Origin: Callorhinchus milii
Taxonomy: Eukaryota
Length of the DNA: 64,000 bases
NCBI RefSeq assembly: GCF_018977255.1
Contig: NW_024704742.1
Span: 26,786,001-26,850,000, forward strand
Direction: 5' to 3'
Part shown: piece by piece, positions 35,763 through 48,419 of the stretch
How the letters are laid out: each line of letters opens with the position of its first letter
Numbering within the stretch: the stretch's first letter is position 1
Made by a program: the position numbers and the translations under genes
The notes under the pieces: model-generated
What the model was told of the DNA's origin: nothing
What the model saw: only the letters and a program-made list of their open reading frames with translations
Database searches by the model: none

Positions 35763-37379
35763 CAGAATTTGTTTCTGTTTTATTTTGTATTTTCACTTTG
35801 CCTTAAGAACGAAACCAAATTGTTGGTTTATTCCTGACATTTTGTTTAGCACCATTCACATCAGAAGAACATCTCAAAGTGCTTCACAGAATATATTTTA
35901 AAGTGTAGTGACTTTTTGTGGGTAAATCCTGGAGCATGTATATATTATGCACAATTACTACAAAAACAACAATTTGCTGTGCATTATATACAGCCCTTTG
36001 TGTCTGGAGGACATCTCAAAGCACTTCACACAGCTAACTGGCACCTTGAGCTGAGGGGTGGTGAGGAAGTTGGGGAGGAAAGTGGCTGAAAGGTTGATCA
36101 AAAAGGCAGGGAGGGAGGGGCAAAGTAGAAGGACTTGCCCACCATTGGTGTGGCAGATTGGGAGGGGACCTGAAGCAGGCTGGTGCTTGGTGATGTAAAA
36201 TTATATTTGCAATTAAGGCTTTTAATTAATCTTTATATATTGTTAAAAATGTTTTAGAATGTAATCCTACCTATAATCCTTTATGGTATGACCACCTAAT
36301 CTCATGAAGCATGATGGAATTGTGTTTGCCAGAAGCAACTAGTTTAGGGTTCCTGAAAGGATTGTGTTAAAGATATCTTGGCTGGTCCCGGTTGAGGTCA
36401 GTTTCTGATAACATTCTCCTTTCTCAAGGCTGAGAAACTCAGGCTGCAGAAAAGCTCCCTAAAGATGTCTGTCTCTCTCTTTCCCAATCAGTTATTTTCT
36501 CTGAGATGCTACCCTGCGTGAGGGGCACTATACAAAATGCAAGTTGTTGTTGTTTTCTCATGGGAAAATAGTCTGCTCAAGGCCATTAAAGATGGAGGGG
36601 GCTGCAGCTCAATTTTTTCAGAGGAAAAACTAGAGACAAAGGCGGGGATGCTTGTGAATCAGATGATGGAAGGGGAGGTGGAGTTAAAAAACACATTTAA
36701 AAAAAGATGCAACTTTGAAAGGGTCGAAGCCGGCATACAGGGTCAGCGTGCTTCCTAGTGGAATCGGGTAATAGCGAGTTTACTGTATCTGGTCTCAGTC
36801 TGAAGAATAAGTTAGGTTAGCCTATTCGACATGCTGCCTATTCGTATTAATTACTTTAATAAACTGTTGGACTATTACATAACCGATTGGTTGTCTCCTC
36901 CTGAATCTTTATCTCTTACAAATTTGAATCTTACAGTGAGCAGAGGTAGCGGTCAGGTGGTAGTGTGGAGTGAAGGCGTGGAAAGATTTAAAAGTGAGGA
37001 CAATGTTCTTGAATTTGATTTGCTGGGAGCTGGGCAACCAGTGGAGCTGAGCAAGGATGGGGTAATGAGCTTGTGGAGCTGGTGCAGGATAAAACATGGG
37101 GTGTAGAGTATGGATGCTACAGCAGTAGTCTTAAAATCTTACTGATAACAAATTTACCCTCTATTTTGTTCATGTCGAAATTTTGCATTTTACATTTTAG
37201 TAAACCATTGGTGTAGCAGTATTTGTCCTAAAGCCAAAGGTCTATTTGGAGTCTTCCCTCCTTTGTATGTTTCCTCCAGTAGTGCGTGCAGGCATCTGTT
37301 TTTGTGTTTTGGATTTCATTTACATCCTGCACAGCAGTATGATGTTGATAAAGCTACATTTTCATGTAATTGTGCATCT

Positions 37380-38150
37380 GTTGGTATGCCACTTTTTCAC
37401 CCCCTTCTCTCTGGCCCTAATAGTTTAAATGCTGGCCCGCAGCATCAGTTAACCTCCCAGATTGGATATTCCTGAAGGAATATCTTGTACCAATTATTTC
37501 TTGCCTAATGTCAGACAAATTTGAACCCCTTGCTCCTGCACCAACTTGCCAACCACACATTTAGCTCTCTAATCTTCCCATCTCTGTATTGATGAGCACA
37601 TGGCTCAGGTAGCAATCCCGAGATTACGACCCTTGAGTAATCTGCTCCTAACTCCCGGAACTCCTTTTGCAGAATCTGCAGCCTTCTGCTTCCTATGTCA
37701 CTGGTTCCAGTGTAAACCATGACATCTGGATGTTCTCTCTCTAATAGTCCTGTATTACCACAGTATTCCTGTCCTTTACTCACTTTTGCAATCATTTGCT
37801 CTATGGTGCCCTGGCTTTTACCATGGTCGTGCTTCCTGAACCGCTCTCTTTGCCATGGGTTTTCAATGCTGCATACCTTTGTGATAATTTATTTCCTGTG
37901 CTACTTTCTGTCTACTCTTCCAACCACAGTGGGCAATCACCCACTTCCCTTCCTCACCGACTTTTCTGTCTGGAGTGATCACCTCTTGGAATGTGAGGTC
38001 CAGCAACTCCCTCCACCTCCTGTATGTTATGGAGTGCCTTCAACTGCCCCTCAAGCTCAGCAACTTTGAGCTTGAGTTCAACCAGTCAGAGACACTTCTC
38101 ACAAGTGTGTCACCCCAAATCCTTCACCCCTTCCTTCCCCCACTGCATAC
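37380..38150 (-). mobile_element. CR1 LINE ORF1 (SGNH esterase-like) relic
   Basis: TCEKCL..VELKLKVAELEGQL upstream, then PDVMVYTGTSDIG...FRELG...RVVISGLLP...KIRELNVWLASWCRSKGFKFV. Confidence 0.8.
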
Positions 38151-38330
38151 AAAGATCCTTGGAAGTTCCAACTTCTGCAGGTTCCACACAGCACAGGCAC
38201 CAGTTCTTCCCCACTCCCACACTCATCTCTCCTCTAACAGTTGATAAGAAAAGATCAAGAAGCAGCAACGACACTAAAGAAACAAAAAACGTGAATAAAT
38301 AAACTGAAGTGGTTCCCCTGTGCGGCAAAA

Positions 38331-38445
38331 CCCACTGACCTTGCCCTCTCTCATTCCTGTTCTCCCACTGGCCTTGCCCTTTCTCAGTCCTTCTCTCCCA
38401 TTGGCCTTGCCCTCTCTCAGGCCTGCTCTCCCGCTGGCCTTGCTC
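38331..38445 (+). repeat. 33-bp minisatellite, about 3.5 diverged units
   Basis: Unit approximately CCCACTGGCCTTGCCCTCTCTCAGTCCTGCTCT. Confidence 0.85.
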
Positions 38446-38819
38446 CCTTGCTGGCACCGATGCACAGCAATATCCCCAAAACAGCCATGAAGTGAATGAC
38501 TAATTTTATTTGGAGGAATGTAGCCAGCATACTGCGAGAAATTCCTTTCTCTTTTCGAATAGTGCCATGAAATGTTTAAAGTCCATCTGAACAGGCTGAC
38601 TGGACTTTGGTTTAACATCTAATCAGAAGGCAGCATATCTGACAATGTTACCCAGAACTGCACTGGAATGTCAGACTAGACTAGGAATTCAAAGTCCTCA
38701 GTTCAAAGTGGAGCTTGAGACAAGCTAGGGCTCTTCAGCCTTGAGAGAAGACAACCCAGACGGAACCTCATAGAGATGAATAAAATGAAAATGGGATTGA
38801 AAAAGTGTGTATATATATA

Positions 38820-39060
38820 TATAATAATGCTTGCATTTGATATGGCGCCTTATCGCGTCTTGGAGGCATCTCAAAGCGCTTCACAGAATATACTGTAAAG
38901 TGAATTGACTGTATATTTTGTGGGCGAAACGCAGAAGCCAATTGCGCACAGCAGTGTCCAATAAACAGTCGTGGATTGAATGACCAAATTATTATTATCT
39001 TTTTCGAGGGATTATTATCCCCGGAAAAGCGATCCGCCAATCGACTAACAACCGGGTACC
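38820..39060 (-). mobile_element. tRNA-SINE body and tail, interrupting a CR1 3' fragment (about 38715-39330)
   Basis: SINE core and tail. CR1-like AAGCTAGGGCTCTTCAGCCTTGAG lies to the left and GTTAACAGCTGGAA to the right. Confidence 0.75.
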
Positions 39061-39689
39061 TCACCAACCTATTGTCCCTTCTTCTCTGTGGGGACATCTC
39101 AACTGAACAGCCTGGCAGAAAAGAGAAAAAGGATTCTCTGAGGAACCCTAAGCACAATGCACAGATGGTTAACAGCTGGAAGGGTTAGCAGACAGGGTGG
39201 TTGCACCCAGGACATCTGACCCATTTAAGAAATAGCTCAATGGTGCAATGGGAAGATGGTAAGATGGGTATTCTGGAAGGATAAGACCAAATGGGCTAAA
39301 GGTTCTTCTTCATTCATCTCTCTCTTGTGATCACCATTCTACAAGTGCCCAAATTGTACCAATTGTATTTGAAATACCTGAAACCATAAATAATCATGAA
39401 CAGCAGGATGTATGGACAATGAAGTAATACTGTGAGTCAAAATTCAGCCCAGGTTTTGGCATCTACTGTGCCATTGCTGCAAACTTCAGAATGCTCCAAC
39501 TAAACCTTAGTAAGCAGAGTCACCCAGATAAATAAATAAAGTAAACCCAGATCGATACTTTAGAATTCACCAAGACAATAGACAAAAGATTTAGAGTTGA
39601 AAAGGGCAATTTCGGGACAGATACAAGTAGTTTTCCTTTACTCAGAGGGAAATTAATGACTGAAACTGGTTGCCAGGACAAACTAGTCA

Positions 39690-39860
39690 GCCTGACCCAT
39701 TGGCAGGATTTGAAGTGTAGGCAACATTCACTGGGGGCAAGGTTTCTTCCCATTCAGCTCAGTAAACCTACAAAGCCCTAACATGTAGGATGATTCCACT
39801 TGGACAAGCAGTGGGAAGCTTGCCAGACAGTGGTTTCAATGATAATCTATGGAGTTAATT
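39690..39860 (-). repeat. Unclassified interspersed repeat (copy C, partial)
   Basis: TGGACAAGCAGTGGGAAGCTTGCCAGACAGTG matches 26680-26712 and 53685-53720. Confidence 0.55.
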
Positions 39861-42800
39861 CAACTTGTGATTGAAAAAAGAAAATTAAATCAGGTAACAG
39901 TGTTGGCTGTTTTTTATTTTTCAATTTCTGCTTTTATACCTTAAGCAAAAGTCGCACATTGACTAAAATTGTTATTTATATTTTATTTCTGTTGGAAAGC
40001 TCAACCCTTTTTTTCTCATTCTCCTTCCTGAGGAAAAGAACCTAGAGACTTGATGTTGTACAACTGCTTTATTTATTGCAAAGCTGCAAATATTTAATGT
40101 GCATTCAAAGTGGTTCAACTTGGAATGTTGCTAAAAATAAAGACTGTCACAGGTTCACAGATACATTATCAGTCTGGATATCACCTCTGCCCTTAAATTT
40201 ACATGATTTTGTATCCTTGTATAATTAATAGAATTAATTAAGAGAATTGGGTTGTCTGTAGTTGAAAGGTAAGGTTATAAAACAAATCTACTGAAACAAA
40301 AATCTGCTCAATGTTCATTACCACGGCAATATCTCATACAGTTCCTCTCTTATATAGATTCAGTGCAAGTATTTCTCTTTAAATGTTTTAAATGCATTTC
40401 AATTTGGGATTTGAAATGAATGACTAAGTATTATCAAACCTAATTTGGAAGGCTTTTTGTTTACAAGTTGTATTGGGGTATGATGGAAAACCGGTGGACT
40501 GAATGACTGGGGTTTGTCATCGAGCAAAGGAGATCCATTTTAAAGAATTAAACTATAGCTTTGTTTTCACACAACTATCCTCACTTTAACTACTGTCTAT
40601 GTATCCATTTATGTCACAGTTTCAGCTTCTGTTTAAGCCACTATATTGTTTTGTAGTCCTTTGGAGAGTTTAAGAATGTCTGAATTGTAAGCAATTCTGC
40701 CTGTTCAGGTGGAAGTTAAAGATTTAAAAAGAGAAGGGAGTTTCTCCCGGTGTCCCGGCCAACAACCCCACAAATACAATTGGTCACTTATCCCCATGGC
40801 TGTTTGCGGCTGCCATATTGGCCTGCAAAGCACACAGTCACTACTTTACAAGTATCCTGTGAAGCACTTTGAGACGTCCACCTGACGTTAAAGATGCTGT
40901 GCCAAATGCAAGCATTATTATCAAAATGGTTTGTCTACTTCCACTTGTTTTCATAGTAGTGACTGGATTGTCTATTAAAATTATGTTAACATCTCAGTAA
41001 TGTAAAACTGCAACTTCCCAATATCCGTTTCAGAAACTTCTTAAAATGAATCTTCACTTTCTTGCTTCTTTTACCTCCTGATGGTTCAAAGCAAACCATA
41101 ATCTCAACCTATTCCATAATTCACTTTATAGTATATTCTGTGAAGCGCTTTGAGATGTCTCGAAGACATGATAAGATGCGATATCAAATGCAAGGATTAT
41201 TATTATAATCGTAGCTGATTAACTGTTCACAAAAAAAACTTTTTTTCCATCTAAATGTTTTCCCCTTTTCTATTGGTAGTTATTCTCACTTTGTTTATAG
41301 CATCATTTCAGTCAGTTGGACACTCGGATTTCTAAGCTATCTTGTAAAATGCTCTGAACCATAAAACACATAGAAACATAGAAGTTTTCAGCACAGAGAG
41401 AGGCCAATCTGTCCATTGTGTCAGTGCCACTTGGGTTTGCTGGACGCCCCCTGCCCTCTCCGCCACCATCGGTGGCCGAGCCTTGGGTTTCTACGTTCCT
41501 AATCTCTGTAACTCCCTCTAACCCTCTGTCTCGTCTTCTCTCTCACTGCCTTCAAATCCTGCCTTAAAATGTATCTGTTCGACCACAGCTATGGCCTCCT
41601 CCTTCTTACTTGGTGTCCGACCCTATCGCTATAGAGCTCTACAAGCCTTTACTGTACGTGAAGGGCTTTGTATAAATGAAAGCTGTTTATTCCTTATTTA
41701 TTCCCCTTCAGAATCTTTTAATATGTTTATATGTCCTTGTAGTCTCCTTCAATCCAATGGAAAAGCCTCAATATGGTGATTAACTGGGGTCATATATGCT
41801 TGTTCAGATGGATGTTAGAGAACCCATAGCATTGCAATAGAGGGACATTTGTCTGCATTGGGCTCTGATGCAAAGGGGATGCAGAGTTACAAATCTGGCT
41901 GAAACATTCTGTAGTGTGGATTGGTGCAGAAGTGTACATGCATACAAGTGGTTGCTAAGAATGTGATCTAGTTGTGCAGCTTCACATTTGCTTACAAGAG
42001 GATTTTCTTCTGATGGTGTGAATGTCAGTCTTGCAAAGGTATCTATTATGCCGTACTTTAATAGGATTAGCGTCAGAAAGAGATAAAGAGAGAGATAAAG
42101 AATAGCTGGCACAGTGGTACTACAGTGACAATAATTAACTCTTGATGGAATAATTATTTAGTTAGCACTCAAGCTAATTTGTATTTTGCATAATGTCCAA
42201 TTATGGGCATATTTTATCCACAGTAAGACAAGTAGTTCAGCTATTGGCTCTACTTGACTGCATTCGAAATGGGAAAGAAGTTTTCTCCCTTATGTTGGTC
42301 AACAATCATTAAGATATATTAGTTGTTCACTTAATGGCTGTTTATGGGATATTGTTGTACAAAATTGGCTGCCTACAAAAACAGTTACTACACTTGACAG
42401 AAATTCCCTGTGAAGAGTTTTGAGACATTTTCACTTTTTAAGGCGCTGTGTCAAATGCAGGGATTATTATTGGCTCCAATATTTTGAAAACATTTAAGTA
42501 TAAGCAGGTGTATTTTGGTTTGAAGTATAGTTATAAATTTACTTTGAGGTATTGGATTTTACTGACTCATGTCAAATGATATTCTTATCAATGTTCTAAC
42601 AAAGTGGTGGAATTAAGTGTATATTTTGATTTAATATGAAATAAAATTGTTAGTTAATTACTCAATGTTTGGAACTTCTATTTCCCGTGAAGCACACTGC
42701 TTTCAGTTGGTTCACGTGCCTGGACAGCTGATCACTGCACAACAGCTGCTTAATCCATTAATCTGACATTTTGCATGCCAGAAAAACTGAGATGCCATAC

Positions 42801-44189
42801 TTAAGCAGCAGTATCAACCAACTACAAAAGTACGTGGAGTNAAAAACTAAGATACAACATACACGACTGTACTAATATTATATCTGGATATAATGCATGG
42901 ATTAAGGATAAATGCATACAAGATAGTTTATTATACATCTTGACCACTGTTTCATTTTTAAGTAGGTAAATCGAAACCAAATATCTTACTTCAGTAAAGA
43001 ATGTTCTCATATAGCGAACACAGTTTCTAGGCCCATGGTGTTTAAGGCCCTTAATAGATAAATTGTTCATCTAAGTGGAATACCTAACATATGTGGAAGC
43101 ACCAGTTTCTTGACAGCTGCTCTGTAATACCTATTGTTCATGAATTTTAAGTAATCGATCCATTTACAAAGCTGTGATAATCAAACATTTATACAATCAT
43201 ACAGAAGACCATCCTTTGTCTGTGCTGCTGCAAGCTCCTCCACTAGAACTATACTATGCTAATCCCATTCCTTTTCTGAGTTAAGAAAATATAATAGTAA
43301 TAATCCTTGCATTTGATATAGCGCCTATCACGTCTTTGAGATGTCTCGAAGCGCTTCACAGAATATATTGTAAAGTGAATTGATTGTTTTGTGGGCAAAA
43401 TGTGGCAGCCAATATAACTAGATTAGATTCACATGCTGTGCCATGAGGACTCATTGAATATTTATATAGCAACTACAACTTTGGTGCGTTGGATAGGGTA
43501 ACACGGAACAGATCTACACCATTAATTCTCAAGCACTTCAACAAGCACGATATACTTTTTTGGACTTTTGTTTTCCCAATTTGAAATTCACCCTTGTTTT
43601 GTTGATTATCCATAGTCGGGTTGAATTTGACATAGATTGAATTTGACATATTTAATCAAGACAACCGCAGATATTTGGTTCAGTGGAGTCACAGATTCAT
43701 TTAAATTTTCCCTAATTAGTTTAACTGACACTTTTTAACCAAACGTTTGTGAGGGATTGAAAGATGTTGCCGATGCAGAAAGTAATAGTATGATCTAATT
43801 CTCCCTTGGTGAATTGCCAGTTCTATCTTGGTGGATAAGCCTACATATTTGATGGGTGATGTATATGCAGGCAATACTTAATAACTGCGGTAACGTTTGT
43901 TCCTAATGTTTGAACGTTGTAACTATTTAGCATAACAGAATACTATCCAATACCTACCAGTATTCCTGTCAATATTGAAATGATAGCCATTAGTCATTAT
44001 TCCTTAACTTTTATTATACAATACAATACAAAATTACATTTGTATAGCGTCTTTCATGTCGGGAGGACGTCTCAAGGCGCTGGACAGTCAGGATAGGGAT
44101 GTACAAATGGGAGTACAATAGATGAGAGAAGAGTTTAATTTTATAGATTTGGATCATTCCTCCTAAAAATAGTAGTAGTAATTCTAGGA

Positions 44190-44960
44190 TTTGATAATAA
44201 TGGCTTCAGCCATTCCTTACTCCCTCGCATACCCTTCTATTCCTCTCTCCCTTCTGTGTATATGTGGCTTTTTCTTGAATGCATCTACACTATTTGATTT
44301 ACGACCACTTCAGGTAGCGATTTCCACAATTCACCACCCTTTGCATTAAATCATTCCTACTAAATTTTCATTTAGATTCTCAAGTTGCTATCATATATTT
44401 GCATCCCCTAGTTTCGGACTCCCCGCCCCAGTGGACAGCCTATTTAGGTTAATGTTTTTGAATCCTTTTATAATTTTAAATACTTTTTTTAGGTCCCCCT
44501 TAAATATCTCCTCGCAAAAACAGGTCTAATAATAATAATAATAATCCTTGCATTTGTTATAGCGCTTTTCAAATCTTCTCAATGTCTCAAAGCGCTTTAC
44601 AGATCTAGTCTATCCTGATAGCAGTAACCTGCCATCCCTGGTATCATCCTCGTAAATCTACGCTGTGCTCTTTCTATCGTTGCTACATCCGTCTTGTAGA
44701 GTGGAGACCAGAATTGGACACAATACACCAAATCTGGTCTACCCACTCCTTCAAGTTGTCTTCTTGAATATACTCATCATATATGACAGAATTATCAGTG
44801 CTTCTGATAGGGCAAAGCTTTACTGTACAATAACAACTTGCATTCATGGGGTAGCATCTCGGAGTACTTAATAAATAGTCACAAATTGGACACTATTCCA
44901 AATCTGGTCTAACCACATTTTCTATAAGTTCACTTCCTCAGTTTTATCCATCTGGATATA
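44190..44960 (-). mobile_element. CR1 3' fragments interleaved with SINE tails
   Basis: GGAGACCAGAATTGGACACAATACACCAAATCTGGTCTA is the reverse of RP.L.YCVQFWSP. Confidence 0.65.
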
Positions 44961-44966
44961 GAGCCC

Positions 44967-45370
44967 AACAACAAGGTTACATTTGTATAGCGCCTTTCAC
45001 ATCGGGAGGATGTCTCAAGGCGCTGGACAGAGTACAGCATTTCAGACCTGAGCTGGAGTCAGGGGAGGGGAAGGGAGGGGAGGGGAAGGGGGGTGACCGA
45101 TGGCATGGTCGAAGAGGAGGGTCTTGAGACGGGACTTTAAGGAGGGGGCGAGGCGGAGTGATTAGAGGATGGAATTCTAGAGGTTGGGGGCAGAGTGGCT
45201 GAAGGCTCTCCCCCCACTGGTGGGGCGGGTGGGTCGGGGGACGTGGAGCAGGCCAGAGTCGGCTGACTGGAGGGAATGGGCAGGTCGTTAGGGGGTTAGG
45301 AGGTCGCAGAGGTTAGGTGGGACGAAGCCATGTATGTGAGGACCAGGATCTTGAACTGGATCCTCTGAAG
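44967..45370 (-). mobile_element. L2 3' fragment
   Basis: L2 tail plus GAGGACCAGGATCTTGAACTGGATCCTCTG (QRIQFKILVL in reverse). Confidence 0.85.
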
Positions 45371-46517
45371 GATAGGGATAGATAAGAGAGAGAGAAAGAG
45401 GAGAGCGAGAGAAAGGGGCAAGCCCAAGGCCCCATTAGCCTCTTGTATACCCATGCAGGTACTTTTAGAAATTTGTGGTTCTGAATCCCCAGATATATTT
45501 GCTCCTCTACTATAGGCAGCTTCTTTATTTTACTTGCCAAAATGAATTACTTTGCATTTTTGTACAAACTTAATTTGCCATCTGTCATACCATTATAATT
45601 AGCTCCCCCCCAACCACCACTCAGTCAAGGACCTTGGTCCTTGTTTTCTCTATCTCCTTTTCTCTAATGAATTTGAACCTAATATTATAGTTACTGCCGC
45701 AGAGGTGCTCCCCCACATTTAAATCCCAGGCCTAATCTGGCTCTTTGCCCAGAACTATGTCAAGCAACCCTTCTCGATGGAGTTTCTACATGTTGGGAAA
45801 GGAAAGAGGTCCGCATCCATTGCNAAAAAATACCATCCCCTTCCTGCCTCCTACTCCTCTCTGCCAATCTATCTGGGATACTTTTTTATATTAGTTTATC
45901 ACTAACCAGATAGATTTTATCTCTACCTCATTATTATATTTCTCATTTCCAGTGTGATGTTTCAAAGTGCTTCAGAGTCGTCTCTATACTGCAGTGACAG
46001 TAGGTGAACATAGCAGCATGGCAGGCAATTTGGCCGACAAACAGGCATGATGTGAACGACAGTTTTATTTTATTTGAGGGATTGTTGCCGGGAGACTCGG
46101 AGAAACTCCCTTATCTTTTCAATTAGTTCCATGGGATTTTTAACATCCACTCGAATAGGTAGATGGGACCTTTGCTTCATGCAAAGCATGCATCTCCACC
46201 AGCACTGCACTAGAATTTCTGCCTCGATTATGAGCGCAAAGTATTGACTTTGGACATACAATTGCATTAGAAGTAAAACAATCCAAAAACATTCCATGTT
46301 TTGTGATGCTTATTTTTTTACCAATATGTATTTTGGGTGCAATCTCGTACAGACTACGTTACATTCTACAAAACTTTATAATACTCGTATATCATGTTTG
46401 CAATAAATATAACTGAAGATTTAAGTCAAACCTGCCTATGTTCTACCACTTGTTCTTCTTGAATATACTTATTGTGTGCAACAGATTTATTAGTGTTTCT
46501 GGGCAAAGGTTTACTTA

Positions 46518-46788
46518 CAACAACAGCAAAATTAAATTTGTAAAGCGCCTTTCATATCAGGAGGACATCCCAAGGCGCTGGACAGACAGAGTTATGGACC
46601 TGAGCCGGGGGTCGGGGTCGGGGAGGGCTGGAGGACGGGGGGGGGGAAGCAGGGAGATCGAAAGCACGGTCTAAGAGGAGGGCCTTGAGATGGGTCTTGA
46701 AGGTGTCAAGGGAGAGGACGAGGCGGAGGGATTAGGGGATGGAGTTCCAGAGGGTGGGGGCAGAGTGGCAGAAGGCCTGCCCGCCAAC
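46518..46788 (-). mobile_element. L2 3' fragment
   Basis: Reverse match to 10110-10365 and 62030-62290. Confidence 0.85.
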
Positions 46789-47168
46789 ATTAGATAAGTC
46801 AGATACATGCAATACTCAGTACATAAAAGCAGATTTCTGCTGTGTTTGTCCAAATAATTCTGTAATTCAGTGTTGGTGGAACTCTTGTCAGCAACAAGAT
46901 GTTTAATTTTTCAGTGATTTCAACCCTTTATAAGAAAATAGTTTTTATTTGAAATTGTCAATCATATACTTATTGGGAGGCATTTAGGTCCTTTAAGAAA
47001 TCAATGTCTGACAGGCAAAACATCAGTGTGATGTTACAAACTACTTCAGAGTCTTCTCTATACAGTAGTGACTGTATTTGTATGTGAATATGGCAGGCAA
47101 TTTGTCCCACTAACAGCCATTAAGTGAATGCAATATTAAGTACATAGAAGTAGATTTCTACTGTACTC

Positions 47169-47227
47169 GCCCAGAGTACAGCTGAAATCTGCAGAAGCCC
47201 AGAGTACAGCTGAAATCTGCAGAAGCC
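47169..47227 (+). repeat. Perfect 28-bp tandem duplication
   Basis: GCCCAGAGTACAGCTGAAATCTGCAGAA x2. Confidence 0.95.
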
Positions 47228-48419
47228 ATTTACTGTCTAAACTAAAATTTTAAGGTAACAATGGATTAAAGTTGTAAAATATAATAAACGTTACAAAAAA
47301 TTGGCACTTTACTAGACTTTGGAAATAAAAAATTAGCGTATTAGCATTTTGAACAAGCTACAAGGCTTCATCTAGTGCTATCAAGAAGTAGAATATCTGG
47401 TCCTTTGAGGCTTGGCATTCTGCACTGTGGGCTATTTTTGAAACAACTGGTTGCACTGGTTTGCTGTGAGTCAGTATGCAGCTTGTCAGCTGATAGTGTT
47501 ATTGTAATGATGTAAAAGGAACTGCGGTGCCTATATTACACCATTTATTTTATCTGCTTAAACATGATGGTAAGGTGTTTTGAATTTCCCTATCTTTCTC
47601 TTACTCTAGTAATCTTTTTATTTTTCTGTTCATTAATTCAATTGAATATTGTGTGTGTTTTTAACCATTCCTACACTTGTGAAGTTAACAAAATGCTGGC
47701 TTGAAGTTCAAGACCTTCAAAGTCAGCACCCTGTAAGTATTCACAGTGAGGTTGCAAAGGATAGACGTTATTCAGCTTGCTTAATCAGTGTGTCAAAATA
47801 GAAACCAAAAGGGACTATTTGATATTTTTTGGCATGTTTGTGTTGAGTGGGAACAAAATATTTCTATGGATTATAAACACATGCTTATGAAATACTGGAG
47901 AAGTGGCCTGTCCCAGAGCAGGCAATAGGGAATAGGGTTTACAGGGCAATGCAGGTTTGCAGAAGTGAGAGGTTGGCAGCAAGTGTAACTATACCTATTG
48001 AATGCATGTCTGTCTTCTGTTTGTCTCCACATGTCTATTTATCCTTTTTACCCCTTTCTTCTGAGTGTACCCCTGTCTCTGTGCCTTGTGGAGGGTTTCT
48101 TGAAATTTCCAGGATTGTATTTTTTTTCTAGTGGGCCTATGTCCTTACAAAATGACTCAATTGAAGGGTCTTAAGGTTTGATCCAACTTTTGTTGCCTCA
48201 AAAGGAAGAAATATGAAAACTGGTCGATAACTTATAATAAAATTGAATGCTATGTCTCCAGTTAGAACTCTTTTTTATGTATACAGGAGGAAAAATTACC
48301 AGGTATATTAGTTTCCATTTTTTTTTGCCATTGGAATGTTTGAAATTTATGGTTTCAAATCTGCTGTGGGTGATCTCTGATTGTCTGCTGTTTACTACAA
48401 CAACAACCACAACACCAAA

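Noticed and set aside
38331..38445. 33-bp repeats as a CRISPR-like array or a coding repeat (ORF 38110-38457)
   Set aside because: Contiguous tandem units with no spacers, in a vertebrate intron. An ordinary minisatellite.
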